A stretch of 64,000 nt of DNA from Octopus sinensis (taxonomy: Eukaryota), in NCBI RefSeq assembly GCF_006345805.1, contig NC_042997.1:80414001-80478000 (forward strand). Reading direction: 5' to 3'. Each line of letters begins with the position of its first letter. The stretch's first letter is position 1. A program made the translations under genes and the position numbers. Shown here one piece after another: positions 39,785-52,933 of this stretch. The notes under the pieces were generated by a model. The model saw nothing but the letters and a program-made list of their open reading frames with translations. It was not told the DNA's origin and ran no database searches.

Positions 39785-41210
39785 TGCACAGCACAGAAAC
39801 ACATAGAGAAAGAAACATTACAAGAATTTAACAGTGCTGGTTTGAATAGTTGTAGATGTTGGTAAATCCAATAATTCTTTTTCGTCCAAAATGTTCTTTA
39901 GTGTAAGACTGTGATTTTGTCTAGTCCTGAGGCTTTTGAGTTTTTAGATTTTTCCTATTCTTTCTTGGGTGACTAATGGAATGGAAAGGTTAAAATCATG
40001 GCTGAGGGAGATGGTGGCCATAATTTTCATCTTACATTCATTTGCTGTGTGGTTTATGGTGGTTGATTCTTGAGTAAAGTCTGAAAAGGAGTTTGCTTGG
40101 TTTGCAGAGTGAATGTATGAAATTGTCATTATGACACAAGGTATGGTGTGACCAACTGATACTGATGTTGCTAATTACTCCAAATAGTATTTCACTATAA
40201 GCATTGCACTGAATAATAGATACACATTTCTGCCGTTTTTCTGTTTTACTATGGTTTGTTTTTAGTTTTGTTATTATCTTTGTTTAGCTTACTCTTCAAT
40301 CCTATTTCAGTTCTATGTAGCTTTGGTGTATGGTATTTATGGTTGAATCTGGTTTTTATGAGGTTGGCTATTTCTGCAATTGAGATTGCCCATTTTTTAT
40401 GCTGCCTTGTGGTGTACATTTTTTTTTTATAGATGTGTCAATACTTACTCTGTTCATTGTATGTATTATAGTATCTATGCAGGTGATAATTAAATTAAGA
40501 AAAACTTGATTATGTTTCTTAGAAGGTCACATTTCATTCTACTTTTTGAAGTTTGTGCTAGTGTCTTTGCTTTTATCATTAATGTGTGAGTGCATTGAGG
40601 TAATAATTGAGAGGTGGTCTGAGGAAGGCTGGGAAATTGTTTGCCAAGTAGTGGTTGTGGTAAGATATGTAGAGCAGAAGGTGACGTTAGGAAGAGTTAT
40701 TGTAGTTGTGATGGTATTCTGTTACCTCTTTAGTTGTCTGCAACATTTGAAAACCAAATATTGAGTTCATTGAAGCCTCCCTAAATATGTTGCTTGGGAG
40801 AGCATTAAGATGTTAAGGTTGGGGATGTGAAAATAGGTTAGACAGTTAGTGAGGCTGGTAATGGTATGTGTGTAATATTTATGTGCTTTGTGTTGCTAGT
40901 TTTTACTTTGAAAGCCTGCATTTCTAGTGCAGTGTTGTTTCCTTTAGTTTATTAATGTTATTTGTGATACCTATATATACTGAATGCTATTTTTTATGTA
41001 TATTAGAAGACCACCTTTGTTAAGTGTCTGTCAAGACTGATTTGAATATAATTTGGAATGGTGGGTGTTCTGCATACTAGTAGTAAGACTGTTTACTGAA
41101 TTATAGCTACATGAGTGATGAAGAAATCATTTAGTTCTACGACAGTGCTTTTAATGCTGTTAATTCTGTATTTTAACCTTTTTACTTATTTTTTTGCAAC
41201 ATTTACAAAG
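39785..41210 (-). mobile_element. Decayed I/Nimb-like LINE fragment (endonuclease to start of RT)
   Basis: Minus-strand remnants KGGLLIYIKNSIQY, TTTWQTISQPSSDHLSII, TNFKK, KNSKASGLDKI. Many stops. Clade tentative. Confidence 0.6.
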
Positions 41211-41834
41211 CTTATATTTATTTGAAGTGCTTCTTTTTAGATGTTTACCCTGCTGACCTGTGACATTGTGAAGAGAAATAATAGCAGCACTAACAAATGT
41301 TAAAATGAGTGGATTCAAAACTTAAACTGTGATTTAGAGAAGGCTCTCAAGCATCAGTACCTGCCAGCATCATTAAACTGCAGTGTTGATGAATGTAATA
41401 ATAATAATTCTTTCTATTATTGGTACAAGGCCAGCAATTTGGAGGAAGAGTTCTAGTCAATTACTTTGACCCCAGTGCATGACTGGTACTTATTTTACTG
41501 ATCCTGAAAAAAATGAAAAGCAAAGTTGGCCATGGCAGAATCTGAGCTCAGAATGTAAAAACAGATGAAATGCCATTAAGCTCGCTACCTGTAGTATGAT
41601 GACGATAATCCTTCTATAATAGGCACAAGGCCTGAAATTCGTGGGAAGAGAGTAAGTCGATTACATCAACTCCAGTGCTTCACTGGTACGAAAGGCAAAG
41701 TCAATCTTGGTGGAATTTGAACTCAGAACGTACAGAAGGGTGAAATACCACTAAGCATTTTGCCTGACGTGCTAATGATTCTGCCAGCTTGCAATCTTAG
41801 GCTGCGAAAATAGTATGCTACTTATCTTCATAAT

Positions 41835-41998
41835 AGGCGTAGGAGTGGTTGTGTGGTAAGTAGCTTGCTTACCAACTACATGGTTCTGGGATCATTCTCA
41901 CTGTGTGGCACCTCAGGCAAGTGTCTTCTACTATAGCCTCGGGCCGACAAAAGCCTTGTGAGTGGATTTGGTAGATGGAAACTGAAAGAAGCCCATCG

Positions 41999-42065
<67 letters not shown>

Positions 42066-42205
42066 TTGTCCCCCCAACATCGCTTGACAACCGATGCTGG
42101 TGCGTTTATGTCCCTGTAACTTAGCAGTTCGGGGTTGATTTGCTCAACTAAAGGCAATGCTTCAGCATGGCCACAGTCAAATGACTGAAACAAGTACAAG
42201 AGAGT
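41835..42205 (+). mobile_element. tRNA-derived SINE family A
   Basis: aggcgtaggagtggttgtgtggtaag...ggatttggtagatggaaactgaaagaagc...(GT)n...gcatggccacagtcaaatgactgaaacaag; homologous to 39251-39672. Confidence 0.85.
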
Positions 42206-43776
42206 AATAAAAAATGGACTATGAAGAAAACTATGGATGAGATTTCAAATCAACATTTCTTTTCCTGCATTATAACCCAACAACCTAAATAATTGTCTTT
42301 CAATTTAAATAACTAAAAAAAGATATGAAGCAAATGTGTAATATCTGAAAATTTGATATATACATCAATAAGATTATATTTGCTTCAAGAAATAAAGACA
42401 GAAAAGTCAGTAATTTTAAAAAATAAATAATAGTATAAAATACAACATAAATCCTCCCTCCAGTCAATAAGATTAATGTCAACACTGGGTCTAACACTGA
42501 GAGACTAAAACAGGGCAGTTTCTGATTTGTCCATATTTACTGATACACACTTTATTCCTGTTACGTTAAACACAGGTTGCTTTCTGTGATTTTCATATTT
42601 GAATAGATAACATCAGGAAACAAGTCTACAAGAATTCTGTATTTGTACATTCTGTGCACAGTCAAATATACTGAGAAGAAGAATAAATAGAAAGATGCAA
42701 AATTAATTAATTGATTGAATAAACAAGGAAAATAAGAAGACTTTAAAAAATTCTTTTTATAATTTAGTGAAGTACTTAAAAAGAAAAGGAAAGAAGTGTG
42801 TCATTTTATACTTAAGAACCCAAGAAACATTTATATATGAAAATATACAATTGACTGTACTAGGCATGATGGTTCAAAGAATTCCCAAGCAGACACAGAT
42901 ATAAACTTTCCAAACAAATCCTATTATTCAATAGACTTATGGTAACTAAAGAAAATATCTAATCCTATCAACAGTTCTTTTTCATTTCAGAGTACTTTAT
43001 CTCATTAAGTGTACATCTTTTGCATATCTTTGCAATCAACCAGCTAATTGCAATCAACTGTTCCACTTACAGAAATGTTTTGATCCATGGCCATGCAATG
43101 CAGTGCAACTGATAACTGTGTTTTTTTTTTTTTTTTGTTTTTTACTTACCAGAATTGCAAGAAACAATTCTAACTGAATGAATAACATGGCAAGGAAGAG
43201 ACTTTCGATGTATTTTCAGAGTCTGTAAGTGTAGAAAACTATGCTAAAATACATATGTATCTAGATATATCCTTTTATATTTAAACCATAATCTGACTAA
43301 GACTGACACTACCTTTCATAACTCTGGTGTTGGGTATTCTATAAAGTAACTGACAGGTTCTTTCATAAAATTTGAAGTCATGTACCAAAATTGAAATTCA
43401 ATAATTTTTCCATAGTTATTATTAAAGTATTTAATCATAGAAGAGAGTGAAATTTATGAAGAAATATTCATAGCTGATATTTTCTCACAGTTTATTTTTG
43501 CATTCCTTAATACATATGTACAGCACTTCTTTCATTTGAATCATTCCATTTCTATCAGGTGTGCCTGCTGCTGTTGCACAATATTTTTGAAAAGATCACC
43601 CACAAGAAAAAAAATCCTATTATTAACAAAGAAATATGGAATTAGATTTCATTTCCATTGTATGCAATATATTTGCCTTACTCATCTTATCCATGTGATA
43701 AGAAACAACTGCAATGCATACATAAAAGATTTTTTTTTTTAGTCAATAAATCCCCACCTAGTTAGAAAAGGTATTT

Positions 43777-43815
<39 letters not shown>

Positions 43816-44989
43816 ACATGACCAAAGGATAAATCAAACTGAAACTTTTCAAGTTAGTGTTGCATGAAGTATTCATTAAAAGTGTTCTTGTGCTAGGTTT
43901 CTCTGACAAGTTTATTTCCCTAGTTTTAAAGAAAAAAAATTCTCCATACAAAAAGGAACCAGATTATAAGAGCTATTCAAGTACAATAAGCTAAAAATAA
44001 AGGGAAAAAATAAAAAGGAAATAAAATCTGGGAGGGTAATGTAAATAAAACGTTACAAAGAAATATGTGCAGTTATTTATGTTAGATTTCAGAGCAAGTT
44101 ATAACTCAAAGAAATAAAAGAGTATGAAAGAAAATGTCCAAGTTTGCCAAGTTTGACTTATGTTTGAATAAACTCTCTTTCAATGCAAAGTTTTTACTTG
44201 TCTATTTATTTATTTATTTTTTCAAATGAAGTCAAATATAGCAAAGGAGATAAAGGAAAAGGTTGTGGAAATGCCAGATGGAAACCTCAAATATATTTTT
44301 AAACATAAGAAATGGTATGCTCCATGATGTTAGCTAAATAACTGAAGAAATTAATGGAAATCAGCCTAATTGACACATATTCATATGAATGAAGCACAAT
44401 GCATGTTTGTAAAATAAATTTATTCACAAACCCCAAATGCAGGTTGAGCACCCTGTAAAATGTAAGCATTGTATTAAAATAATCCTTCAAGATGCCAATT
44501 CCAAAATTAGACAAATGACAGGTATAATATGATGGAACATTAGTACACCATCATCAACTGGTAAAATGACATAATAAAGTTGTACAAATTAATCCAACTT
44601 GATATACCTAAACACTACCCATAGTTGACAAGAAACCCCTTATCAGATCTTTGCAAAGAGATTCACAACCATCAGCAGATAACAAACATGATAATACACT
44701 TATGAAATTCTTACTCTGAGTAAAAAAGCAAGTTACAACTTTTTGACATAAGCACAAAATGTTAAAACAAAGAAAGCATGTCAACTAGTAAAACTATACA
44801 TATTTAACTACTCTCAAACAATCTCTATAGAGATGATGGCCTAACAATCTTCCAAAATACAAAAGTACATGAATTAGAAATATTAAGGAAAATATAAGCC
44901 AAACCTCTAAGCCACAGGGAAGTAAACAAGCCAACACTGGTAGTCAAGCAGTGATGGGGACAAACACAAAGACACATTTTCACACTCAA

Positions 44990-45145
44990 CTATATATATA
45001 TAAATGAGAATGTGTGTGCGTGTATTTGTCTGTCTGTGCATCACTAAAACTCAAGAACTACCCAACCGATTTCATTTGAATTTTACACATGCCTTACTTA
45101 GGGTCCATAGAGTGTCATAGGGCAAAAAAATTTTCAACGCCTTGA
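44990..45145 (+). mobile_element. Probable non-autonomous Helitron 5' fragment
   Basis: ctatatatatataaatgagaatgtgtgtg...actacccaaccgatttcatttgaattttacac resembles Helitron-N 5' ends; pattern recognition only. Confidence 0.4.
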
Positions 45146-45749
45146 AAAATGGAAAAAAATATTAATATGTATACATATAACTCTCTATGGATTTTTTCTG
45201 CTAGTGTACCTGTTGCGTTATATTCTTCTATACACATGTGGCCTTGTTTACATTACACTTCATCTCAACCTGTTACTATTTCTTTAAACATATCCATTAG
45301 ATTTTTCTTTTCATATTATAGTTTACTGCACATATAGACTTGCATACACATTGAAATATCTGTCTTTTGTTCTCTTTTGTCTCTCTCACTATTATATTTT
45401 ACTGTTATTTTTTTTCCCCTTTTACAACTTGTTTGTAAATATTCAATTTTTTCCTATTACACCATCTGTATTCTCCCTTATTTGTATCTTATTCTATTTT
45501 ACTTTATTAAACATTTTTTGATGTCAGGCCAAAAATTCCTCACACTAATGAGAATGACAACGCATAAATTTAATTATAATTATTATGATTATAATTTTTT
45601 TCTTACATATTTGTAGTCTTTTGAAACGTGCATATGTATTCAATCCAATCTTGTATTAAATCTATCTTCATTCAACATTTTCTCCATTTTTTATACTTGT
45701 TTTATGGCATTTTTATGCTTATAACGACAACTAACACATACATATCAAA

Positions 45750-46050
45750 GGCATTACTATACATAAATGCCTCACGCTAGGAGGGACTCAAAGTCAAAAC
45801 TACCATAATAAACACATTGTACCGAATGCGAGGGAATGCAACTCTTGAAGCGAGCCTTTTAAAAATAGATTCAACCACAGATCATATGATTTCATAACTA
45901 GTGCACAAAATGCACTTTTTAATCATCAGTGCAGACATAATCAAGACACTCGAGAGTTGCATTCCCTCGCGTTAGGTACAATGTGTTTATTATGGTAGTT
46001 TTGACTTTAAGAGTCCCTCCTAGTGGGAGGCATTTATGTATAGTAATGCC
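45750..46050. mobile_element. MITE with ~100 bp inverted arms, possibly Kolobok-like (TTAA-type flank)
   Basis: ggcattactatacataaatgcc...gggaatgcaactctt (45750-45848) is inverted at 45950-46050. Right flank ccc|ttaa, left flank tcaa|agg. Confidence 0.7.
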
Positions 46051-46600
46051 CTTAATATAAATAAATATATTTAAAGGAAATAATTAATAAATTTTTCCCC
46101 TATGAGGTTTTTCACGCTAACTACTTGATAAATTCTTACAAAGATTTTATCCTATTTTTGAATTGTATACATATATATATATATATATATGTTTACATAA
46201 ATATATATATATATATATAATAACAAATTAATAAATAAAACATGCATATATACATACATATATGGGTACAGGACACCAAAAAAACTTCGAACACAATGAG
46301 AAACGAAAATATGAACACAAAACCAAGGAAATGGACATTTTTCTTAAACAACGAAAAAATAGAGTACAGGACATACAACACAAGGAAAATTCCCCTTCTT
46401 CAGCCGCCTCTCTTTCATCTACTCCGCATTTCGAAGGTCAAGGCAAGACATGACTTCGGTGAAACATTCCTTCCCGCAGAAAGCAAATTAAATAAAATTT
46501 GAGATTTTTTTTGCGGAGGGGTAAAAATGGTAACAAAAACAGGACAATAAAGACAGTACAAATTATAAACAGTAAAAGACAGGGCAAGGAGAATACATAT

Positions 46601-47159
46601 ATATCATCATCATCGTTTAACGTCTGCTTTCCATGCTAGCATGAGTTGGACAGTTCGACCAGGGTCTGGGAAGCCATGAGGCTGCACTAGGCTCCAGTCT
46701 GATCTGGCAGTCTTTCTACAGCTGAATGCCCTTCCTAATGCCAACTTCTCTGTGAGTGTAATGGGTGCTTTTTATGTGCCACCGGCACAAGGGTCACAGG
46801 AAGCTGGCAACGGCCACAATCGGTTGGTTCTTCTTACGTGCTACTGGCACGGAGGCCAGTCAAGGCGGCGCTGGTATTGGCCATGTTCGGATGGAGCTTT
46901 TTATATGCCACCAGCACAGGTATCACAACTACAATTTCCATTTGATTTTTATTTTGATGCTGATGTACTTGACTCAATGGGTCTCCTCAAGTACAGCAGG
47001 TTGGCCAATCATCCAATGTAAGCACAGCAGGCCGTCCTGCGAGCCATGAACTCATTTCATTTGTCGAGTCTTCGCAGTCACAGTACATCTCCAGAGGTCT
47101 CAGCCTTTCGTCATTGCCTCTGTGAGGCTCAACGTTCGAAGGTCATACTTGACCACCTC

Positions 47160-47200
<41 letters not shown>
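46601..47200 (-). mobile_element. RTE family A 3' end
   Basis: catcatcatcgtttaacgtctgctttccatgc tail, decayed array, and gtgaggctcaacgttcgaaggtcatacttgaccacc (reverse of ...VVKYDLRTLSL). Confidence 0.8.
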
Positions 47201-47201
<1 letters not shown>

Positions 47202-48929
47202 TATATATATATATATGTACATAAATATATCTATCTATAATTAAGTTTACATTAAGTTTATTAATGTAAACTTAATAATTTAATTATGTTTACATTATTA
47301 TAAACTTAATAATGTAAAAAAAAATTTTAAATGCTTTAACAGGTACCTGAAGAAATTTATGAAAGTTAAGAAAAGTAGTTGTTGATCATGAACGGCAAAT
47401 TTGCCAATAAGAAAAGTTGTTATTGTCAAAGGGATTTGTTTTACATAACTTCTACATCAATTGTAGTGTTCCAGCAATTAGTTTGTTTCATTGGATACTG
47501 TAACAAAAATCAGTAGTTTTATCTAATGTTTTTACACCTGTTATTTTATACTGATTGGGAGCAGATAATTTTATGGGAATGCAAACTCAAGTTATACAGT
47601 TCATTCAGAGATGAGAACTATTTCCAATATTACCACTGTTGACTGATTGTATTGCGTTGATGTTACCACATTCAAGTGACAGGCATTTCTTCAGGTTAGT
47701 GATCACTGTCATAACAAAAATCTGAGATAGATTCCTTATATACTCAAGACAAATTTCGCTTTTTCTTCAGGAAATTATGATAAATGACAAATGTGTGAAT
47801 TACAAACCAGATGTACTTGTTAGTCATATAACCAGTGTGAGCTACATGAAGTAACTATTCTGACAAGATCATTTATTGTCCTTGGGAGAGACAAGAATAA
47901 TACAACTTTCCTACTGTAAGCTTTTAATATGTAAAATATTATTCTAAAGCCTGAAATGTTGACATGGCCTTCTCATTCCAAGTAATATAAACCCTTGTGA
48001 TTCTTCTTTTATTAATATATGTATATTACTCTTTTAATATAGATAAGAAGAAACAGAAATTGAGATACGGAAGAGTGCTGAAAGCAAAACAAATATTTAA
48101 TGTTTGGACAGTTACTTTCATCTCCCTTAAAGAAAAACAAAACTACCTGAGTGATATGTTAGATATTTCTTCTTGTGGTATACCAGCATACCTCACCATT
48201 TCACTTTTTATTGAATTGACTCTTGCTGGAACAGGCCAATACTTATGTCCTTGAATTCCATTATTTTAATTTAAGTGAGAATTGGAAATGTAAACTGCAT
48301 TATATGTGGCACTCAAAATATTTATGTACTTCACTTTGCAGCCAAAACAACTAAATGAAGAACTTACACCTCTGACATCAGTCATTATCGACTTAAAGCC
48401 AAGCTGAAAACCATGATGTAATATTTATTGGAAAGCTATATGCTTCAAACATCTCCAGCATTTAATGACATCTGTAAAATGAGTAAAATGTCTAACAAGT
48501 CTTCTCTCAAATTGGAAGTTCTTTCCAACTACATCAGTTTTGTCATATTAATTCAAACTGGGTTAATGGAAGCATCACTTGCTTCTAGACTCAGATATTC
48601 TTTTTTTTCTTTCTCTTTTTACAACTACCTTATGTGCTATGTCTAAGAGAAAGCACATAGCTCTACTTGTCTCACTCTGATTAGCTGACATATGGGTTCC
48701 ATTCATCTCTACAGTTGAGTGGTTCACATGAGAAGTATGGAAATGCAAAATGAAGTTTCAGCAATACATAGATGTCCATAAAGTTTACATAAAACCATTC
48801 TGACAATTCTAATATAATGACAAGAAAATGAATTTTCAAAAATCAAACACACCTTACAGATTATTGAACACACATTACAAATAACTTGGCACATTTTTTT
48901 TATTGGATTAGTCTGAAGAAAGGGGCTGT

Positions 48930-49300
48930 CTCCATGGACTTTGCATGTCCCTCAGGACCAGTGACAACAACATCAATAATATTCTTCTTGAATAGTTTCA
49001 AGTCAGTGGTTGCAAGAAAAACATTCAGGGAGACTATTTTCAGAGTGTAGACATTATGGGAAAGGAGTGAACAGAGTGGCTAGTGTGGGGCCCAGGGCAT
49101 TATACAATATAGGTGATAAGAAAAGAAGTGATGAGGAGTGAGAATACCTGAGAGGAAGTGGTATAAAAGTAGCTTGCTCTGAAGAGCAGAGGCTATTGGT
49201 GTTGCAGTGGAAAAGATAGAGACCGAAGGCAGTATGACTGTGTGCCAGAGGTTGGAGTGTGTTTGTGAGTAACTTTTCAGTACACCAAATAAGAATCTTT
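48930..49300 (-). mobile_element. Decayed Jockey/CR1-type LINE 3' fragment
   Basis: LTNTLQPLAHSHTAFGLYLFHCNTNSLCSSE resembles LQPLxHRRxVxSLxLFYRYxxGxCSxEL. A related plus-strand piece HYTQSFLPRTS lies at ~60930-61010. Confidence 0.55.
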
Positions 49301-50948
49301 TTTTTTTTCTATGCATACAGCCTAGTATATCTGTATATAAAACAATAATTCATTGGAGATCTCAAATGGACTTTGCAGGGAGTTGGTAATTCTTTAACAC
49401 TTATGTGCTGATATAAGATCATGGATCTTCAAACTAGTATGTCAACAATACAATCAATTCTAACTTTCATGGTCAAGTTTAGTTAATCTGGTACCTATTA
49501 ATCCTGTAGAGATGAATGGCTAACTTACAGTGACAGTACTGAACCCTTTAGCATTTAAACTGGCCATATCAAGCTCTAATATTCTACTTGTTTTATGTTC
49601 AAACTGGACAGATCTAACTTCTCACACCTATCCTACATTGTCAATCTAAAAATAAATGATCGTACCATCAAAATCTTGAAGCTATAATATAATGCACGAC
49701 TAATTCAAAACAATGTGAATAAATAATAAATAAGCATTACATTTGACAGAATAATCTGAATGCCACATAGTTGAGGCTGAAGAATTTTATGATGCACTCT
49801 TTGCTATGTTAGAGAAAGTGCTTTAACCAGGAAAGATCCTCATCTACGACAAAGCTTAGAATTTGTATCACTCTTAAATATGGGTCAGAGAGAGTTCCAG
49901 TAGTATGTGTGATGATATCTGGTAAGATATTGTCAACCTGGTACTATAGAGATTAAATCATTTAGGCCAGAGCTCTACTACTTCTGTTAATCCTATAACA
50001 TATATATTTCAGAATAATATATATTTTTTTCTATTGATGCAAGATCGTAAGTTGGCAGGGAGCAACATTTTTTATCAAACTGACATTGAAATCTATCTAG
50101 TGCTCACTTTATCAATACTAAAGTGCTAAAAAAGAGAAAAAAAAATCAACCCCAGTAAGATTTGAATTTTTAATGTAGAGAGATAAAATTAAATACTTTT
50201 AAGGCTCTCAATGTCATTTCTGCAAACTCTATCATTCTTTTATATTCTGTATTGATAATATCAATCAACTAAATGTCTTCTGTTTCTCTTCATGTGTTTC
50301 TTAAAGCCACAGAATGGAAATTTCTTTATCTGACCTTGAAAAGTTTATCAGTAATCAACAAATAATACACTTAAATGTTAAAAAGGTTGCATTAAGGTCT
50401 AACTGTAGTAACAACATATGGCTAAGAATGCATTAAAAAAGAGTTGTCAATCATAACACTAAACCAGCAGTGAGGTTACCCTTTATTATTGTTATAAGTC
50501 AAAGTTCCTAGATAGATTATGAACCCACAGATCAATGCTAATAACATGTTCCATATAATCATTCATTCCTTGTCACTAATACACCCAATCTGAGAAAACA
50601 ATTTACACATCTACTGAATATACTTTGATTGCTATCACAGTCTACCACCTCCAGCAATAACTTGTATTAAATACCAAGAAGTTATTCTTTGAATATGAGT
50701 TTAATAATAGAGTAGACACCTTATTCAGTGTAATCCTACTGACAGAAACTTCAGTCATTGTTCTTACAGATTTGTGATACCAGAGAACAGAGAAATAGAA
50801 AATTTCGTAAACAGCTGACACTTCCACTTATATTTTCTGTAATAAATCAAACATTTTTCAGTCAACAAAACTGGTTTTCATGATAAAAATAGAAAGGAAG
50901 TGACATAGCATGATCTCATAAAAACCAAAAATATTTGAATTCCTCTTA

Positions 50949-51017
50949 AATTTAAAACGAAAACACAACAGTCACTGAACTTGCATAGTGATGATAAAAC
51001 AAAATCATTGTTATATG

Positions 51018-51073
<56 letters not shown>

Positions 51074-51165
51074 ATATATATATGTATGTATAAAAGCATA
51101 TAACAATGATTTTGTTTTATCATCACTATGCAAGTTCAGTGGCTGTTGTGTTTTCGTTTTAAATT
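50949..51165. repeat. Fold-back palindrome with ~75 bp arms centred on (TA)n
   Basis: aatttaaaacg...ttatatgctttta is inverted at 51089-51165 with one visible mismatch. The ORF track gives the same peptide on both strands. Confidence 0.92.
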
Positions 51166-51703
51166 GTCAATTATATATATACATATTTATATATTTAACT
51201 TTTAGATATCAATAGGTATATAACTGGACTACAAATTAGCATTGGTTAGCTTTCAGAGGCCATACATTAGAATATACAAATTTTCTTGCCAATCAACTGA
51301 ACCTTCAAAATTTATTTCAAATATAGGGTTTCGATATTCTTATTTATTGAGCTACAATCATATAGGACACCTGCCTCAATTTTTTTGTTATTCTTTTATT
51401 AGTTTCAATCACTGTACAGTAGTTATGCTGGATGATTCGCTTGAATATCTAGTACATATTTTACTAAAGCCTATTTATCAATTGGTTCAGACTGCCACTG
51501 ACTGACACACACATACTCACACATGTATGGGGAACAGTTTTTCTTTCAAATAGTTTTCTTATATCTACATATGTTTCTCATATCAATGCAGTTCTGAAAT
51601 TCATTTCCAGGTTACATTATCCTCATCTCCATGATGTGGAATGGCTTTTGCTGCCAAGCTATATTTTTTACAGGGCAGCTCATGTTTATACAGACATTCT
51701 AAA

Positions 51704-52933
51704 GGTGACTAAAGGCCTCTCGCTCAGAGTAAAAGGCAGACTGTATGATGCATGTGTACGAACAGCCATGCTACATGGCAGTGAAACATGGGCCGTGACT
51801 GCTGAGGACATGCGTAAGCTCGCGAGAAATGAAGCTAGTATGCTCCGTTGGATGTGTAATGTCAGTGTTCATAGTCAACAGAGTGTAAGTACCTTGAGAG
51901 AAAAGTTGGACCTAAGAGGCATCAGATGTTGTGTGCAAGAGAGACGATTGTGCTGGTATGGTCATGTGGCGAGAATGGATGAAGATAGGTGTGTGAAAAA
52001 GTGCCACATCCTGGCAGTTGAGGGGACCTGTGGAAGAGGTAGACCCAGGTAAACCTGGGTCGAGGTGGTGAAGCACGACCTTCGAACTCTAGGTCTCACC
52101 AAGGAAATGACCAGAGACCGAGACCTATGGAAGTATGCTGTGTGTCAGAAGACCCGGCAAGACCAGTGAGAACAATCAAAATCAAATCATCTATCAGAAA
52201 GCAGGGGTTAAGTGACCCATCTGTTCGTGTCCGCTGTCAGCCTCGTCTGGCACCCGTGTCGGTGATACGTAAAAGCACCATTCGCTCGCGGCCGTTTGCC
52301 AGCTCTGTCTGGCCCCGTGTCGGTGGCACGTAAAAGCACCATCCGTTCGTGTTCGTTGCCAGCCTCGCCTGGCCCCGTGCCGGTGACACGTAAAAGCACC
52401 GTCCGTTCGTGGCCGTTTGCCAGCTCTGTCTGGCCCTGTGTCGGTGACACGTAAAAGCACCGTCCGTTCGTGGCCGTTTGCCAGCTCTGTCTGGCCCCGT
52501 GTTGGTGGCACGTAAAAGCACCATCCGTTCGTGTTCGTTGCCAGCCTCGGCTGGCCCCCGTGCAGGTGACACGTAAAAGCACCGTCCGTTTGTGGCCGTT
52601 TGCCAGCTCTGTCTGGCTCCGTGTCGGTGACACGTAAAAGCACCATCCGTTCGTGTCCGTTGCCAGCATTGCCTGGCCCCGTGCCGGTGACACGTAAAAA
52701 CACCATCCGTTCGTGGCCGTTCGCCAGCTCTGTCTGGCACCTGTGCAGGTGGCACGTAAAAAACACCCACTACACTCGCGGAGTGGTTGGCGTTAGGAAA
52801 TGCATCCAGCCGTAGAAACACTGCCAGACCAGACTGGAGCCTGGGGCAGCCCCTGGCTCCCCAGACCCCGGTCGAACCGTCCAACCCGTGCTAGCGCGGA
52901 AAACGGACGTTAAACGATGATGATGATGATGAT
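51704..52933 (+). mobile_element. 5'-truncated young RTE family A copy with complete 3'UTR and (GAT)n tail
   Basis: ORF 51636..52052 (LHGSETW...GRGRPR), continuation EVVKHDLRTLGLT, tandem array, tail ggacgttaaacgatgatgatgatgat. Confidence 0.93.
52215..52765 (+). repeat. GC/CpG-rich 60-61 bp tandem array inside the RTE 3'UTR
   Basis: Nine acgtaaaa anchors at ~52267, 52328, 52388, 52449, 52510, 52571, 52632, 52692, 52754; two unit types. Confidence 0.95.

Noticed and set aside
46385-46450. Minus-strand CCTTCGAAA...CTGAAGAAGG hammerhead-like words
   Set aside because: Stem I does not form and the hairpin after CTGAAGA is not followed by GAAA; at most a decayed PLE-type motif.
52194-52884. Repetitive 160-215 aa ORFs and a CRISPR-like look (also 3909-4452)
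   Set aside because: Read-through of the GC-rich tandem array; units are near-identical with no unique spacers, no cas genes, eukaryotic context.
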